A stretch of 64,000 bases of DNA from Octopus sinensis (lineage: Eukaryota). Positions within the stretch are counted from its first letter, which is position 1, and each line of letters starts with the position of its first letter. The stretch covers positions 78,306,001 to 78,370,000 of the forward strand of contig NC_042997.1 in the NCBI RefSeq assembly GCF_006345805.1, in the 5' to 3' direction. Shown one piece after another: positions 51,040 through 63,098 of the stretch. A program made the translations under genes and the position numbers. The notes beneath the pieces were generated by a model. That model made no database searches, was not told the origin of the DNA, and saw only the letters and a program-made list of their open reading frames with translations.

Positions 51040-53690
51040 AAAATATGTTGTACGGCGAGAAGCCTAGTGAAATTGTTGTCGACGTAACTGCCACTATGTC
51101 TGATATGGAAACTCAGGAAGAGCACCCAAGACTCTCACCTGGAACTCCAGCAAGTTCACCCAAGAAAAATAAAAAGGCTTCAGTAAAAGAAAGCATAGTA
51201 TCGACAAGGCTTCAGTAAAAGAAAGTATAGTATCGACCCAGCGTACAAAGCGGCGAAACAGAAAAAAAGCTTTGCTATGGTAGCCGGAGGTCGAACCAGG
51301 CAACTTACTACAGAGAAAAAAGAATTAAAGAAATACAAAGAAATGATAAAAAAAGAGGTCAACACTGTGAAAGTCGAACCACCGGAAAAATTTTGCAAGA
51401 GAGAATGAAAACATTGATCTACAAAGCGTATAGTGTGAAAAGGTGAAAGATGGACAGGATGTCGGAAGAGACAGTTGAAAATGCCTCAAAATAATTTGGA
51501 GTGCAGAAAGCTAAACATCATTCGGTAGAAACCTTAAAAACGGACAAGGTGGCTCTCATCCCTATGTAAATGGGGAGAAGTACATCGAAGGTGCGAATCG
51601 GAAGAATCCCACCAGAAGTGGATGCCACGTAGCTTGTGGCAGCCGTGACCACGAACCTGGAGGAAAAGATTACACTCCTCCAGGCGTCGGTCACGGAGAA
51701 ACAAAATTGGCATGGGAAAACGCTCAATCTAATAATTCAAGCCGAGCCGCAAACGTTAGAGGAGATCTCCGCAAAGATAGCGATAGGGGACGAAAGCCTC
51801 AGAGTTCGTGGAGGGTCGGAAGCCGCGGTGTTTCCGGTACGGTGAACTGGGAGAGAAGGAGGAAGAAGAGGAAAAGAAAACAGAGAACCAAGAAAGATAC
51901 ACCCTACTGCACCACCCAAAACAGTACCATCAGACAAGAAGCTGAACAAGACGGTGAAAAGAGAAAAGAAAGAGGATAAGGGCTTAGTAGCCATAAAAAA
52001 ATGAACTCATAAGTGTGAAGTCTATTAAAACTACCAAACGGAAAGACAAACATTCCGATAAGAACTACGATATTTATGAAATAGACTTTAAAAATTACAG
52101 AGTTCTAAGTAATACCTTTAGGGAGTCTGTAGGGACTATAAGAAAAGACTTTTCACCTTCAGTTTTTGAAGGACTACCTGCTCCGATCTTGTGAGCTAAG
52201 AAAAAGAAGAGGTGGATACCCCCTTCACTCGACACCACGGAATAACAAAAGATCAAGGTAAGACATTATAGCAGTTCACATTGGTTGCCTGAATGTACGT
52301 GGCCTAATGTCAAGCTGGAAGCAAGGGCCCTTCCTAAATGACATCAGGTCACGGAATTTGGATGTAATTGTTGCTGCAGAAGCCCGGTTGGAAGAGCCAA
52401 GAGATCTGCTCCCTCTGCTGAGCGGCTACAAGAAATACGTTTCTCCGTGTCGGTCAGCAGGTGGGGTGGGGTGTTAACAGGAGCCATCATTAATAACAAA
52501 TGGTGGTACGCCATAAAATGAGCCATAAAATTTTAGTCTATTAGGTATAGCATAATTTAGTGGCTAAGGAACGTAAGAATGAAAAGGTTCTAGTTAAGAA
52601 CTTAGAGGAAGCCATGAAGACTGGCAGTGCAGCCCAGGTGAGGGCGAAGAGACTGGAATTAAACCATCATCTCGAAACCCAACACACGGGTGCATTGTCA
52701 GGGCTAGACTTCGTGTAGTGGGTTGCGAAGGAAACAAGGCCGCTGGATGGGCCCGAATGATGGAAGCTCAACGTGGAAATGAATCCACAGTTCGATCTTT
52801 GGAAAACCATCAAGGTGTGTTGATAAAGGAACCCGAGGAAATGTGTGAGGCTTTTCAGGAGCACTTCGCCCAGCTTTTCGTGGGGGGGCGAAGGACCGAA
52901 TGGTAGGAGGGACCTTGCCGGGCTGCCGCGCCTCTCCGGGCAGGATGCGGAGTCTTGTGAGGGGCCGATCACACCTGAAGAAGTGATTGAGGCTGTGGGA
53001 GACTGTGGCGTAGATAAGTCACCAGGACTGGATGGTCTACCCTACGATTTATATAAATGTATGTAAGACTTGTTCGGGCACCTGCTGGCTAGAGTGTACG
53101 CGAACTGGCAACATAATGGGTTTATTCCCGGATCTGTGCGCCAGGGAGTGGTGACACTGATCAGAAAGGACCCAGACAAGGGGAATCGTATGGATAATTT
53201 CCGGCCCATCATTCTGCTAAACACAGAAGTGAAGATTTCGGCCAAGGTGCTAGTAAAAATGTTGGTGTGTATCGCGGATAGTCTGATAGGGAAGGCACAG
53301 ACATGTGCCATTCCCGGCGGAAGCATCCGGGACATCTCTAGATCATTCTGAATGGTGAACAGGTGTGGTCTCCACTTGCGAAACAGATGATTCCCTCGTT
53401 CGCTAGTTTCGGTGAACTGGAAGCCTGGTGCTTTCGTAGATCTCGATTGAGTGAATAGCATATGGCGTGTCGCAAGGTCCTGCTATTCTGTTGCTCGGTT
53501 AATGCCAGCGGTGGTGGTTCTACAGCAGTTTTCTATAGATGGTTGGTAGATGCTGGATGTGATGATGCCCTGGGGGAGACTCTGTGGGGCTTATGCGGAA
53601 CATCTGTTGTCTGGTGGCTGTCCCAGTCCCATGGTGTTCGTCAACTCGAGGATAGAGAAATTAGCCAAACTACCATGGGGTAGGATGAAA
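51040..53690 (+). mobile_element. Tx1/L1-clade LINE relic with large internal deletions
   Basis: ORF1-like SFAMVAGG, KVRIGRIPPEVD, degenerate knuckle RKPRCFRYGELG; APE start CLNVRGL; RT KSPGLDGLPYDLY, GVVTLIRKD..NFRPIILLNTEVKI, AQTCAIPG. Ends approximate. Confidence 0.8.
51174..51237. repeat. 32-bp tandem duplication
   Basis: AAGGCTTCAGTAAAAGAAAG(C/T)ATAGTATCGAC twice. Confidence 0.9.
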
Positions 53691-54202
53691 CACAGATCCA
53701 CGGAGTTTCGAAGCAAACTACTTTAATTACGCAGGCAAGGCTTGTACTCACATATAAATGTAAATAAGCGGAAGGAGCGGAAAAATCTACGGGGTTGCTT
53801 CACTGCCTGGTGAGACATATATTCCTGCATTCGGAGATACCGTACAACAGCACCCTCAGAAGTTTATTATAAATGAAGAGAATATGCGCACACGTGCAGT
53901 CACACACACACGCGCGCGCGCGCGCGTACGCACGCACACACACACTCAGACAAACTCACACACAGGAGAACAGATTGAGAGCGCGCGAGAGAGAGGGGGA
54001 AGTGAGAGAGAAAAAATAGGTTGACATTTGAAAGCTTAAACATCGTAACCTTTCGATAAACATATTTGGAAACAATTGTGTGCGTGTGTGTGTGTGTATG
54101 CATGCATGAGTATGAGTGTGTGTCTATGTGTGTGTGTGTACTAGTGTGCGTTTGCTAGCGAGCATGCGGGTGTGTTTGTGTGTGTGTGTGAGCAGGTGTG
54201 CA

Positions 54203-54242
<40 letters not shown>

Positions 54243-54451
54243 TATATATATTATATATATTATATATATATATATGCATGCATGTATGTGTGTGCGTATG
54301 ACAATGTGCTCTTGTATGTGTGTGAATGTAGGTGTATATGAACGTAACCTTTGATTGTAGAAGTGACTTGGAAGTGACAGGAAAAATACATATTATTTTC
54401 AGGAAAGGAAGACAATACATTGAAAAAAGTGTTGTAGTTCGTGTGCGTGTG

Positions 54452-54518
<67 letters not shown>

Positions 54519-54529
54519 CTCTCTCTCTC

Positions 54530-54613
<84 letters not shown>

Positions 54614-54624
54614 ATATATATATA

Positions 54625-54785
54625 CAGGCGTGGCGGTGTGGTAAGAAACTTACTTCCCAATCATATAGTTCCGGGTTCAGTCCCACTGCGGGGCACCTTG
54701 GGCAAATATCTTCTAGTTTAGCCCTGGGCTGACCAAAGCTTTCTAAGTGGATTTGGTAGATGGAAACTGAAAGAAGTCCGTCGTA
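54625..54785 (+). mobile_element. tRNA-derived SINE (24606 family)
   Basis: CAGGCGTGGCGGTGTGGTAAG, GGGTTCAGTCCCACTGCG, GGATTTGGTAGATGGAAACTGAAAGAAG. Confidence 0.82.
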
Positions 54786-54809
54786 TATATAATATATATA
54801 TATATACCC

Positions 54810-56060
54810 AGGCCTATTCCCTATTTTTTTAGGAGGGGTTAGCCATAACAAGACACACACCAGGCATTCCATTAATTTCCTGGTTCAAACGGTTGAGCCC
54901 CGTTCTATGATCGGGTCAAGGTATAGAACGCAGCCGCCCAGTGTCAGCAGCAGGTACCGACAGCATATACTGGTTTACCCCCACCGCATCATGCTGATTC
55001 CGTACCCCTTTGAGCAACATCAAATGTCATTCATCCGTTCACAAACTCTCTCCAAGCTTTCATATCATGTATAAACTCTTGCCTCTATCACTCCAACATC
55101 TCTACCCATCAAAGCTTTCCTCATCCCATCCATCTACACCAACCGATGTCTGCCTCTGGTTCTGCTTACCTACCACTTCAGCCTTCATCACCATCCTTAC
55201 CATCCGCTCCTCACCCGTCTTCTCCATGTGGCCAAACCACCTTAACATTCATCTATCCAACTTGGTTGTTAATTATTCTCTCATTCTTGCTCACCTTCGC
55301 ACCTCCCCATTCCTAAACTTGTCCATCAGCATCACACCAACCATAGCCCTCAAACATCTCATCTCAAACACATCCAGTCGCCTCCTTTCCGCCTCTCTCA
55401 ACCCCACGGCTCTGCACCATATAACATTGTCGGCACAATCATGCACTGATACATACCTCTTTGCACTTTCATACTCAGCCTTTTATCTCTCAGCATACCT
55501 TTCGCAACTCCAAGTATTTTACTCCCCTCCCTCACTCTCTATCCCGCCTCCTCAGCCAAACCCCTATCCGCTATCACATATGACCTCAGGTACTTAAAAA
55601 CACTCACCTCCTCTAACATCTCACCATTTATACTCAGTCATTCTACTAGGCATTCCATCTCACGAACATTCCATTACCTTACTCTTAGCTACATTCACTT
55701 TCAATTTCTTCCTCTCACACGCTCTTCCAAACTCTACGACCAATCTCCACAGTTGCTCTTCTGAATCCGCCACCAGTACTGTATCATCAGCAAACAACAA
55801 CTGACTCGCCTGCCATGTCTCTCCCTTTTCTCCCACCTTTTTGGGCTCCCCTACCAAGGGCTCTAGAATTTACCTCTCCCACCACATAATCCATATAGAA
55901 ATTAAACAGGCAGGGAGACACCACACAACACAGTCTTAACTACACTTTCACATCAAACCCATCACGTACTTCACCACTCACCTTAAAGTACGCCTACTTT
56001 CTCTACAAAAATTCTGAACACCTCTCAACAATCTGCCATCTACTCCACACAACCGTAACA
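54810..56060 (-). mobile_element. RTE-clade LINE 3' fragment
   Basis: QLLFADDTVLVADSEEQL..LKVNVAKSKVM, FKYL, PTMLYGAEPW..RLDVFEMRCLRAMVGV, LRWFGHMEK. Ends approximate. Confidence 0.8.
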
Positions 56061-56466
56061 CGTGCCACATTGCATCCCTATCCACTTTTGTTCTGCGTAT
56101 GAATATAAACTACATCCGGTAGTTGGACACTGGAGCCCTGCTTTGAGGGGCATGAAACCACCTCTTAGCCACTACTGCTCCCAGGTCTATTTGGCCCAGA
56201 GTGGTAGCACCTGTAAGGGTCCCAGTTATAGGTTAACCAGCAGACTGCGAGTAGGGGGAGGGGATCGGTAGAATGCAGTCACCGTATTCCCTACGTGGCG
56301 ACTCAAAGAGACAGGAGCCAGGGAACTAGGAATCCTCTCTTAGTAAATTTATATTCCTAAAAACACGGCAAGAAAAAGACAATGGGTGGAGGATTAACAC
56401 CAAATCACACCCTAGTACTTGTACTGGGGTCGTGTATATACATATATGTGTGTGCGTGTGTGTGTG

Positions 56467-56515
<49 letters not shown>

Positions 56516-56559
56516 TATATATACATACATATATTATGTGTGCGTCTTTATGTTTTTTT

Positions 56560-56760
56560 GTCATCACACCATCGCTTGGCAGCCGATGTTGGTATGTTTA
56601 TATCCCCGTAACGAAGCGATTCGGCTATAGAATCCGATAGAATAAGTACTAGGCTTACAAAGAATAAGTCCTGGAGTCCATGTCTTCGATTAAAACCATT
56701 TAAGCCGCTACTCCAGAATGGCCGCAGTCAAATGACTGAAACAAGTAAAAGTGGAAAAGA
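56560..56760 (+). mobile_element. SINE 3' part with CR1-like tail
   Basis: Ends GCCGCTACTCCAGAATGGCCGCAGTCAAATGACTGAAACAAGTAAAAG; homologous to 24170-24365. Confidence 0.65.
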
Positions 56761-56810
56761 AACATATATATTATATAAGCAACATTTTAAGTAGCTAATT
56801 CAACTGAATC

Positions 56811-56875
<65 letters not shown>

Positions 56876-57091
56876 TTGTTTTGCAAGATTTTTTATGTGA
56901 AATCGTGTGTTGAAACAGATATTGTTGTATTTAGGAATGGCCATTTTGCCAGTTTAGGAGTGTGATGAAAAAACTCTGAAATAAGATTAAGATTAATGTA
57001 AAAAATAAATAACGCTGAAGCAAAGTAACACCAAATATATAGTGTGTGTGTTTTTTTATTGGCTAAACTGGCAAAATGACCATTTCTAAAT

Positions 57092-57121
<30 letters not shown>

Positions 57122-57122
<1 letters not shown>

Positions 57123-57560
57123 ACGGGAAGCTTTATGAAAATAGACAAAAGACGAAGGCAGGTTTACGGAAATAAACAAAAGACGAAGGCAGGTGGAATA
57201 CAAACAAACAGGAAATATAAATAAAACAAGTCTTTAACGTTTCGAGCCTACGCTCTTCAACAGAAAGATACACAGAGAAAAAACACAGAAAGAAGGAGAG
57301 AAAAAAATATGCGTGCAGAAGCTAGCGAATCAACATGGCGATCTGATTTCGGCCAGAAGTCAAAGATCAAACATGAGACGCAAGAGCGAAATTAGGGGAG
57401 ATAATAGGGTTGAATGACCTCGCTCCAACATAAGAGTGTGTGTGTGTGTGTGTATGAGAAGAGTGTGTGTGTGTGTATGAGAGAGTATTAGTGCGTATGA
57501 GAGGTCTGGACGTGTGTATGTATATATGATGTGATGTGTAAAGTCGTATGGTGTAGTGTA
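57122..57560 (-). mobile_element. Non-coding Penelope pLTR-like fragment homologous to 6978-7500
   Basis: Shared blocks AACGGGAAG..AAATAAACAAAAG, AACAAGTCTTT.ACGTTTCGAGCCTAC.CTCTTC.ACAGAA.GATACACAGA, CATGGCG.TCTGA.TTC, AGG(G)TT.AA.TGAC, GGTCTGGACGTGTGTATG. Confidence 0.8.
57231..57268 (-). ncRNA. Variant minimal hammerhead-like motif
   Basis: Minus strand: tcttt CUGUUGA A gagc gtag gctc GAA ACGU U aaaga. Perfect 5-bp stem I and 4-bp stem II; non-canonical core. Confidence 0.55.
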
Positions 57561-57620
57561 GAGAGAGGAGATGAGGGAAGAATGAATCAACATTGAATTT
57601 AATACAAAATTGGATCCAAT

Positions 57621-57718
57621 ACATACGCACGTTTCAAAAGACAGTACAAATATGTAAGAAAAAATATATAATCATAGTAATTATAATTAAATTTATGCAT
57701 TGTCATATTCATCAGTGT
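57621..57718 (-). ncRNA. Hammerhead-like motif with long AT-rich stem II loop
   Basis: Minus strand: aca CUGAUGA atatgaca..tgtctttt GAA ACG tg CGU A tgt. Intact core, stem II pairs 6 of 8, 3-bp stem I. Confidence 0.5.
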
Positions 57719-58461
57719 GAGGAATTTTTGGAAGGACATCAAAAACGGTTTAATAAGATAAAATACAAATAAGGGAGAATACAGATGGAGTAATAGGGAA
57801 AAATCGGATATTTACAAACAAGTTGTAAAAGGAAAAAATAGTAAAATATAATAGTAAGAGAGATGAAAGAGAAAAAAGATAGATATATCAATGTGTATGC
57901 AAGTCTATATGTGCAGGAAATTATACCATAAAAATAAAAATCTAATGGATATGTTTAAAGAAATAGTAACAGGTGTGTATAGTAGAATATAACGCAACAG
58001 GTACACTAGCAGAAAAAGCCATAGAGTGTTATACGTATAGATATTAATATTGAAAAACGAAAAATATATATATATATATTACAAGAGGTTAAATGTGAAA
58101 GGCAAGACTATGCTTGAAAAAGGTGCAATATTTAAGTAAAAATGTGCATTCAAGCAGAGAACTTAACAAAGAAAAAGCATCGATCACAGAGAGGGCTGGT
58201 CGGTGTATTCAACATATGTAACCTTATTCAAAAACTATGAACCACATAAGAAGACTTTTACTAACCGGATTTCTACCGATACCAATATTTCTAATAAGAT
58301 AAGCAATTGTATGTCACAGGCAGTCATTACGAGAAAAACATCAACATAGACGGAAATAGTAAGACGAAACAAAGTATTTTCACAAAAAAATCTTTTATTT
58401 CTTCACATACTCTTAATTCCCCACACAACTACATAGCAAATTATAATGATGTTCAATATTT

Positions 58462-58462
<1 letters not shown>

Positions 58463-58546
<84 letters not shown>
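58463..58546. repeat. (AAT)n tract, 5' flank/target of Dong copy 2
   Basis: Direct reading. Confidence 0.93.
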
Positions 58547-58548
<2 letters not shown>

Positions 58549-60545
58549 GATCCTCGAAACACTAGCCATTAACAAAGTAGCACCAACAATCATAAAATTC
58601 ATAGGGCACTCTATGAATAAATGGCAAACAGTGCTACAGCTCCAAACAAAAGAGGGACTCATGAAAACCAAAGCCATCCCCATTAGAAGAGGAATATTCC
58701 AGGGAGACACGCTCTCTCCACTCCTTTTCTGCTTGGCACTGTCACCTCTATCTGATATGCTAAATAGAACTGGATGCAGATATAAATGTTACGGCAAAAC
58801 GATCAGCCACCTTTTATATATGGATGACCTAAAACTATACGCTGCAAATGACAAACAGCTGGAAACACTATTAAAGACAGTTCATGGATTTACTAAAGAA
58901 ATAGATATGAAATTTGGATTAGAAAAATGCGCCAAAGTAACCATGAAAAGAGGAAAACTAGTTAAGAGTAGCAACATCACACTAGATAAAACCAATGAAA
59001 TAAAAGAATTAGACCAAAGCCAAACTTACAAATACTTAGGAATCCATGAACTAGATAAGACACAACACACACAAATGAAAGAGAAAATAAAAAAAGAATA
59101 TTATAGACGAGTTAGATCAATACTAAAAACAGAGCTCAATGCTAAAAACAAGATAATAGGTATTAACACTTTAGCTGTCCCAGTTATAAGTTACAGCTAC
59201 AATATCCTTAACTGGACACGAAATGAACTGACCAAAATAGATAGGAAAACAAGAAAAATAATGACAGGATCTAGGATGCATCACCCAAAATCTGACATAG
59301 AAAGACTATATATACAACGTATAGAAGGTGGTAGAGGCCTTATACAGCTGGAAAACTACTATAAAATAACCACCATAGGACTGCAAAAATATCTACTTCA
59401 GAAGGAAGGAAAACTGATACAAATAGCGGCAAAACACGAGCAAAACAAAAAACTGTTCTCAGTATTTAAGGAAGCTGACAAATACAAACAAGAAATCATA
59501 CCACCTAATAAATATGAAGAAGAAGAAGAAGAAGAAGAAGAAGAAGAAGAAGAGAAGAAGAAGAGAAGAAGAAGAAGAAGAAGAAGAAGAAGAAGAAGAA
59601 GAAGAAGGAACAACAAAAGCTATAAAACAAATGAAGTCCAAACTAAAAATAGAACAGCAACGAACCATGATAAAACGATGGCAAGAAAAGCCCCTTCATG
59701 GTAAATACTGGACTAAACTAAATGCAAAAGAAATAGACAAATAAAAATCCCAGCAATGGTTGAGAAGCTCAGGACTCAAAGCAGAGACAGAGGGATTTTT
59801 AATTGCAGCACAAGACCAAAGCCTCCCCACCAGAAATTACCAAAAACATGTAATGAAAAGAAATATTACAGGTAACTGCAGAATATGTGGAGATGGACAA
59901 GAAACAATAAATCATATTATCTCTAGCTGCCCAGTCCTGGCTAAGAAGGAATATATTCACAGACATGACAGAGTTGGAACCTACATACATTGGAAGCTAT
60001 GCCAACATTATGGAATAACAACAGAAAAAAGATGGTATAGGCACACACCAGAAAAGGTCACAGAAAACGAGAAAGCAACCATACTCTGGGATATGCCGAT
60101 ACACACAGATAGAGAAATTAAGGCCAACAGACCAGATATAGTTGTCAGAGATCATGAAGAAAAAAAATGCTTTCTAATTGATGTATCAATATCGGCAGAT
60201 GACAACGTGTCTCTAAAAGAAATGGAGAAGCTCTCAAAATACAAAGACCTGGAAATAGAGGTAACCAGAATGTGGAATCTAAAAACAGAAACAATTCCTA
60301 TCATAGTAGGTGCATTAGGCATGATAAAAAAATATTCAGACAAATACATAACAAAAACACCAGGACTTACAAACACATATAACATACAGAAAATTGCACT
60401 ACTAGGCACTGCACAAATCCTACGCAGAACACTTTCCATACAATAACCATCAGAGCATCACAACAAATCACAGCATATACCCAAGGCACACAGAGCTGCG
60501 CTCGGTAGTGAAGTGAAAGCACGCTATAAAAATAAAACTACTGAA
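58546..60545 (+). mobile_element. R4/Dong-clade retrotransposon copy 2, more deeply 5'-truncated
   Basis: Near-identical to 46349-48440 (about 15 substitutions seen by eye). (GAA)12 GA (GAA)3 GA (GAA)14 tract at 59516-59606, a GAA>TAA stop near 59742, same 3' end AAAATAAAACTACTGAA followed by (TAA)n. Confidence 0.93.
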
Positions 60546-60569
60546 TAATAATAATAATAATAATAACAA

Positions 60570-61440
60570 CATTAAGAAGAAGAATAGTAATGTTAGGGAT
60601 GGTGTTAATACGAGAGGTAAAAAAGAAGCCTATACCTTTTATTCGAATGGGTGACCCGTCTAATAAAAACCACCATACCAATAAGAAACACAATAATAAC
60701 ATAATTTGGATTATTTTTCCTTTTGCTAAACATTTGATGTCTAATTTTATAAAGTCTATTCGTTCTATTATTAAATCAAAATTTAGTAAATCTAGGTATG
60801 CTGGGATATTCAATGATTTGGCTTTTCTGTTTCCCCTAATTTATTTAGGATTATTTCTTCCTTTAACTACAGAAAACTAAATCTTTACTACAAGAATTTA
60901 ACCTCCTCTACTACTAATACTAACTCCAATTATTCAAATAGCTCTGTATCTTCTACCAACGATTCCCATACTCACACAACACACATACACATAACAATAG
61001 TACGTCTAATATTAGTAGCAATTGTAACTGTAGAAACCCTAATACCTGTGAAGTTAAAGGTAATTCTAAAATGAAAAATGTTCTATATAAAGCTACTATT
61101 ACAACACATGATCTCTCTAGGTTTTATTATATAGGTTGCACGCAGACCCTTCTTAATTTACGTTTGAATAATCATAAATCATCTTTTAATGATCCTCGGA
61201 AAGAAAGTAGTACTAGTTTATCCAAAAAGGTATGGCAACTTAAAAGAGACAACATACAATTCTCAATTTCTTGGAATATTGTTTCTTCTGCGCCTCTTAT
61301 AGGATTAGAAATAAACGTGTCTTTTATGCCTTGAAGAGCCTTAAATAATTATGAAAATGAACGGTTCTATCGTAAATTCGAGAAATGAAAGAGTTTTTCT
61401 CTTGTAAACATATGTCCAAATTTCTTTTGATTAACCTTAA
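60570..61440 (+). mobile_element. Degenerate Penelope-like GIY-YIG region
   Basis: NNNIIWIIFPF linker motif and NVLYKATITT..YYIGCTQT..RLNNHKSSF..STSLSKKVWQLK..FSISWNIV (61071-61334). End approximate. Confidence 0.8.
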
Positions 61441-61629
61441 ATAGTTTTATTGATTACCTCTTTTTCATTTTCTTACTAGTTCTTATTATACTCTTAAGTA
61501 TATGTGTATATATGTATTCTCTATTTGTGCATGTATGTATGTATGCATGGTTGCCTGTGCGGGTATGTTCATGTACTTTTGCTCATATTTTTATATCTAT
61601 GTGTATATATATGTATGTATGTGTATGAG

Positions 61630-61722
<93 letters not shown>

Positions 61723-61763
61723 ATGCGTATGTATGTGTATGCATACCTAATGTAGGATAAAAC

Positions 61764-62082
61764 TTTTTTCGAATAAAAATATTTTCCAAAAAAAATTTTA
61801 TCAATGGCCAGCATATTAAAAAAATACCTTTAAAGGTTAAATTCATAAATAATTCATAAATAAGGGCAAACGAAAAAATTTTCAATGCCAAATATGCCGA
61901 AAAATTGGACATATTGTCCATTAACCGTTAATTTTTTCACAATCTGCATGCTACTCGAAAAAAGGTCGACAGAAATTTCTAAAAAATTCCATTATTACCA
62001 TATCGGACCGATTTCAGGGCTAGCTTATAACAGCCCTCCCTTCGTCAGTGATACATGTGGCAAAAGAAATAAATGAGATACT
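61764..62082 (-). repeat. Inverted partial copy of the 454-bp repeat
   Basis: Reverse complement of about 62385-62686, spanning the unit junction, with several substitutions and a short insertion. Confidence 0.9.
61996..62053 (-). ncRNA. Type I hammerhead motif (inverted copy)
   Basis: Minus strand: tatca CUGACGA aggg..ccct GAA AUCGG u CCGAU A tggta. Confidence 0.75.
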
Positions 62083-62413
62083 ATTAATGGTTAATGGACA
62101 ATATGTCCAATTTTTCGGCATATTTGGCATTGAAAATTTTTTCGTTTGCCCTTATTTATGAATTGTTTATTTTTTTAATATGCTGGCCATTGATAAAATT
62201 TTTTTGGGAAAAGAATTTTTATCGAAAAAATATAGGCGTTCACTTCCGGACTCTTTCACTCTGTGAGAGCATCAGTTCAAATCGCACGTGTCCCGAATGG
62301 GCTGGAGTATTTCTATTTTGGATGTATCTGGGGTACTTAATTGTGCTCATGACTTAGTATTTGCTTCTTCCATGGGTATGAGTAAGTATCTCATTTATTT
62401 CTTTTGCCACATG

Positions 62414-62471
62414 TGTCACTGACGAAGGGAGGGCTGTTATAAGCTAACCCTGAAATCGGTCCGATATGGTA
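62414..62471 (+). ncRNA. Type I hammerhead motif (unit 1)
   Basis: tgtca CUGACGA aggg..ccct GAA AUCGG u CCGAU A tggta. Predicted cleavage after 62466 (AUA); stem I has two G-U pairs. Confidence 0.75.
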
Positions 62472-62867
62472 ATAATGGAATTTTAAAGAAATTTCTGTCG
62501 CGACCTTTTTTCGAGTAGCGTGCGGATTGTAAAAAAATTAATGGTTAATGGATAATATGTACAATTTTTCGGCATATTTGGCATTGAAAATTTTTTCGTT
62601 TGCCCTTATTTATGAATTGTTTATTTTTTTAATATGCTGGCCATTGATAAAATTTTTTTGGGAAAAGAATTTTTATCGAAAAAATATAGGCGTTCACTTC
62701 CGGACTCTTTCACTCTGTGAGAGCATCAGTTCAAATCGCACGTGTCCCGAATGGGCTGGAGTATTTCTATTTTGGATGTATCTGGGGTACTTAATTGTGC
62801 TCATGACTTAGTATTTGCTTCTTCCATGGGTATGAGTAAGTATCTCATTTATTTCTTTTGCCACATG

Positions 62868-62925
62868 TGTCACTGACGAAGGGAGGGCTGTTATAAGCTA
62901 ACCCTGAAATCGGTCCGATATGGTA
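62868..62925 (+). ncRNA. Type I hammerhead motif (unit 2)
   Basis: Identical to unit 1 and 454 bp downstream; predicted cleavage after 62920. Confidence 0.75.
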
Positions 62926-63098
62926 ATAATGGAATTTTAAAGAAATTTCTGTCGCGACCTTTTTTCGAGTAGCGTGCGGATTGTAAAAAAATTAATGGTT
63001 AATGGATAATATGTACAATTTTTCGGCATATTTGGCATTGAAAATTTTTTCGTTTGCCCTTATTTATGAATTATATATATATATATATATATATATAT

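Larger units (their letters stand above)
62083..63072 (+). mobile_element. 454-bp tandem repeat (2.2 units) with one hammerhead per unit: candidate retrozyme
   Basis: Units start at 62083, 62537 and 62991; units 1 and 2 are nearly identical. Hammerheads at 62414 and 62868. No recognisable coding domain. Confidence 0.8.

Noticed and set aside
53901-53945. (CA)n(CG)n alternating purine-pyrimidine tract as a Z-DNA element
   Set aside because: The sequence is real, but such tracts are expected in this microsatellite-rich genome and nothing links it to a function.
24606-54785. tRNA genes at A/B-box motifs
   Set aside because: No cloverleaf completes; the boxes run into shared SINE bodies and microsatellite tails.
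62233-62283. Pol III promoter in the 454-bp unit (GTTCAAATC B-box-like)
   Set aside because: The A box is poor and several T4-T7 runs on the same strand would terminate Pol III before a full monomer.
62094-62811. 87-aa ORF repeated in each 454-bp unit
   Set aside because: No recognisable motif, composition follows the T-rich DNA, and the inverted copy breaks the frame.
62083-63072. CRISPR-like array
   Set aside because: Long contiguous units with no unique spacers, and no cas genes in a eukaryotic context.
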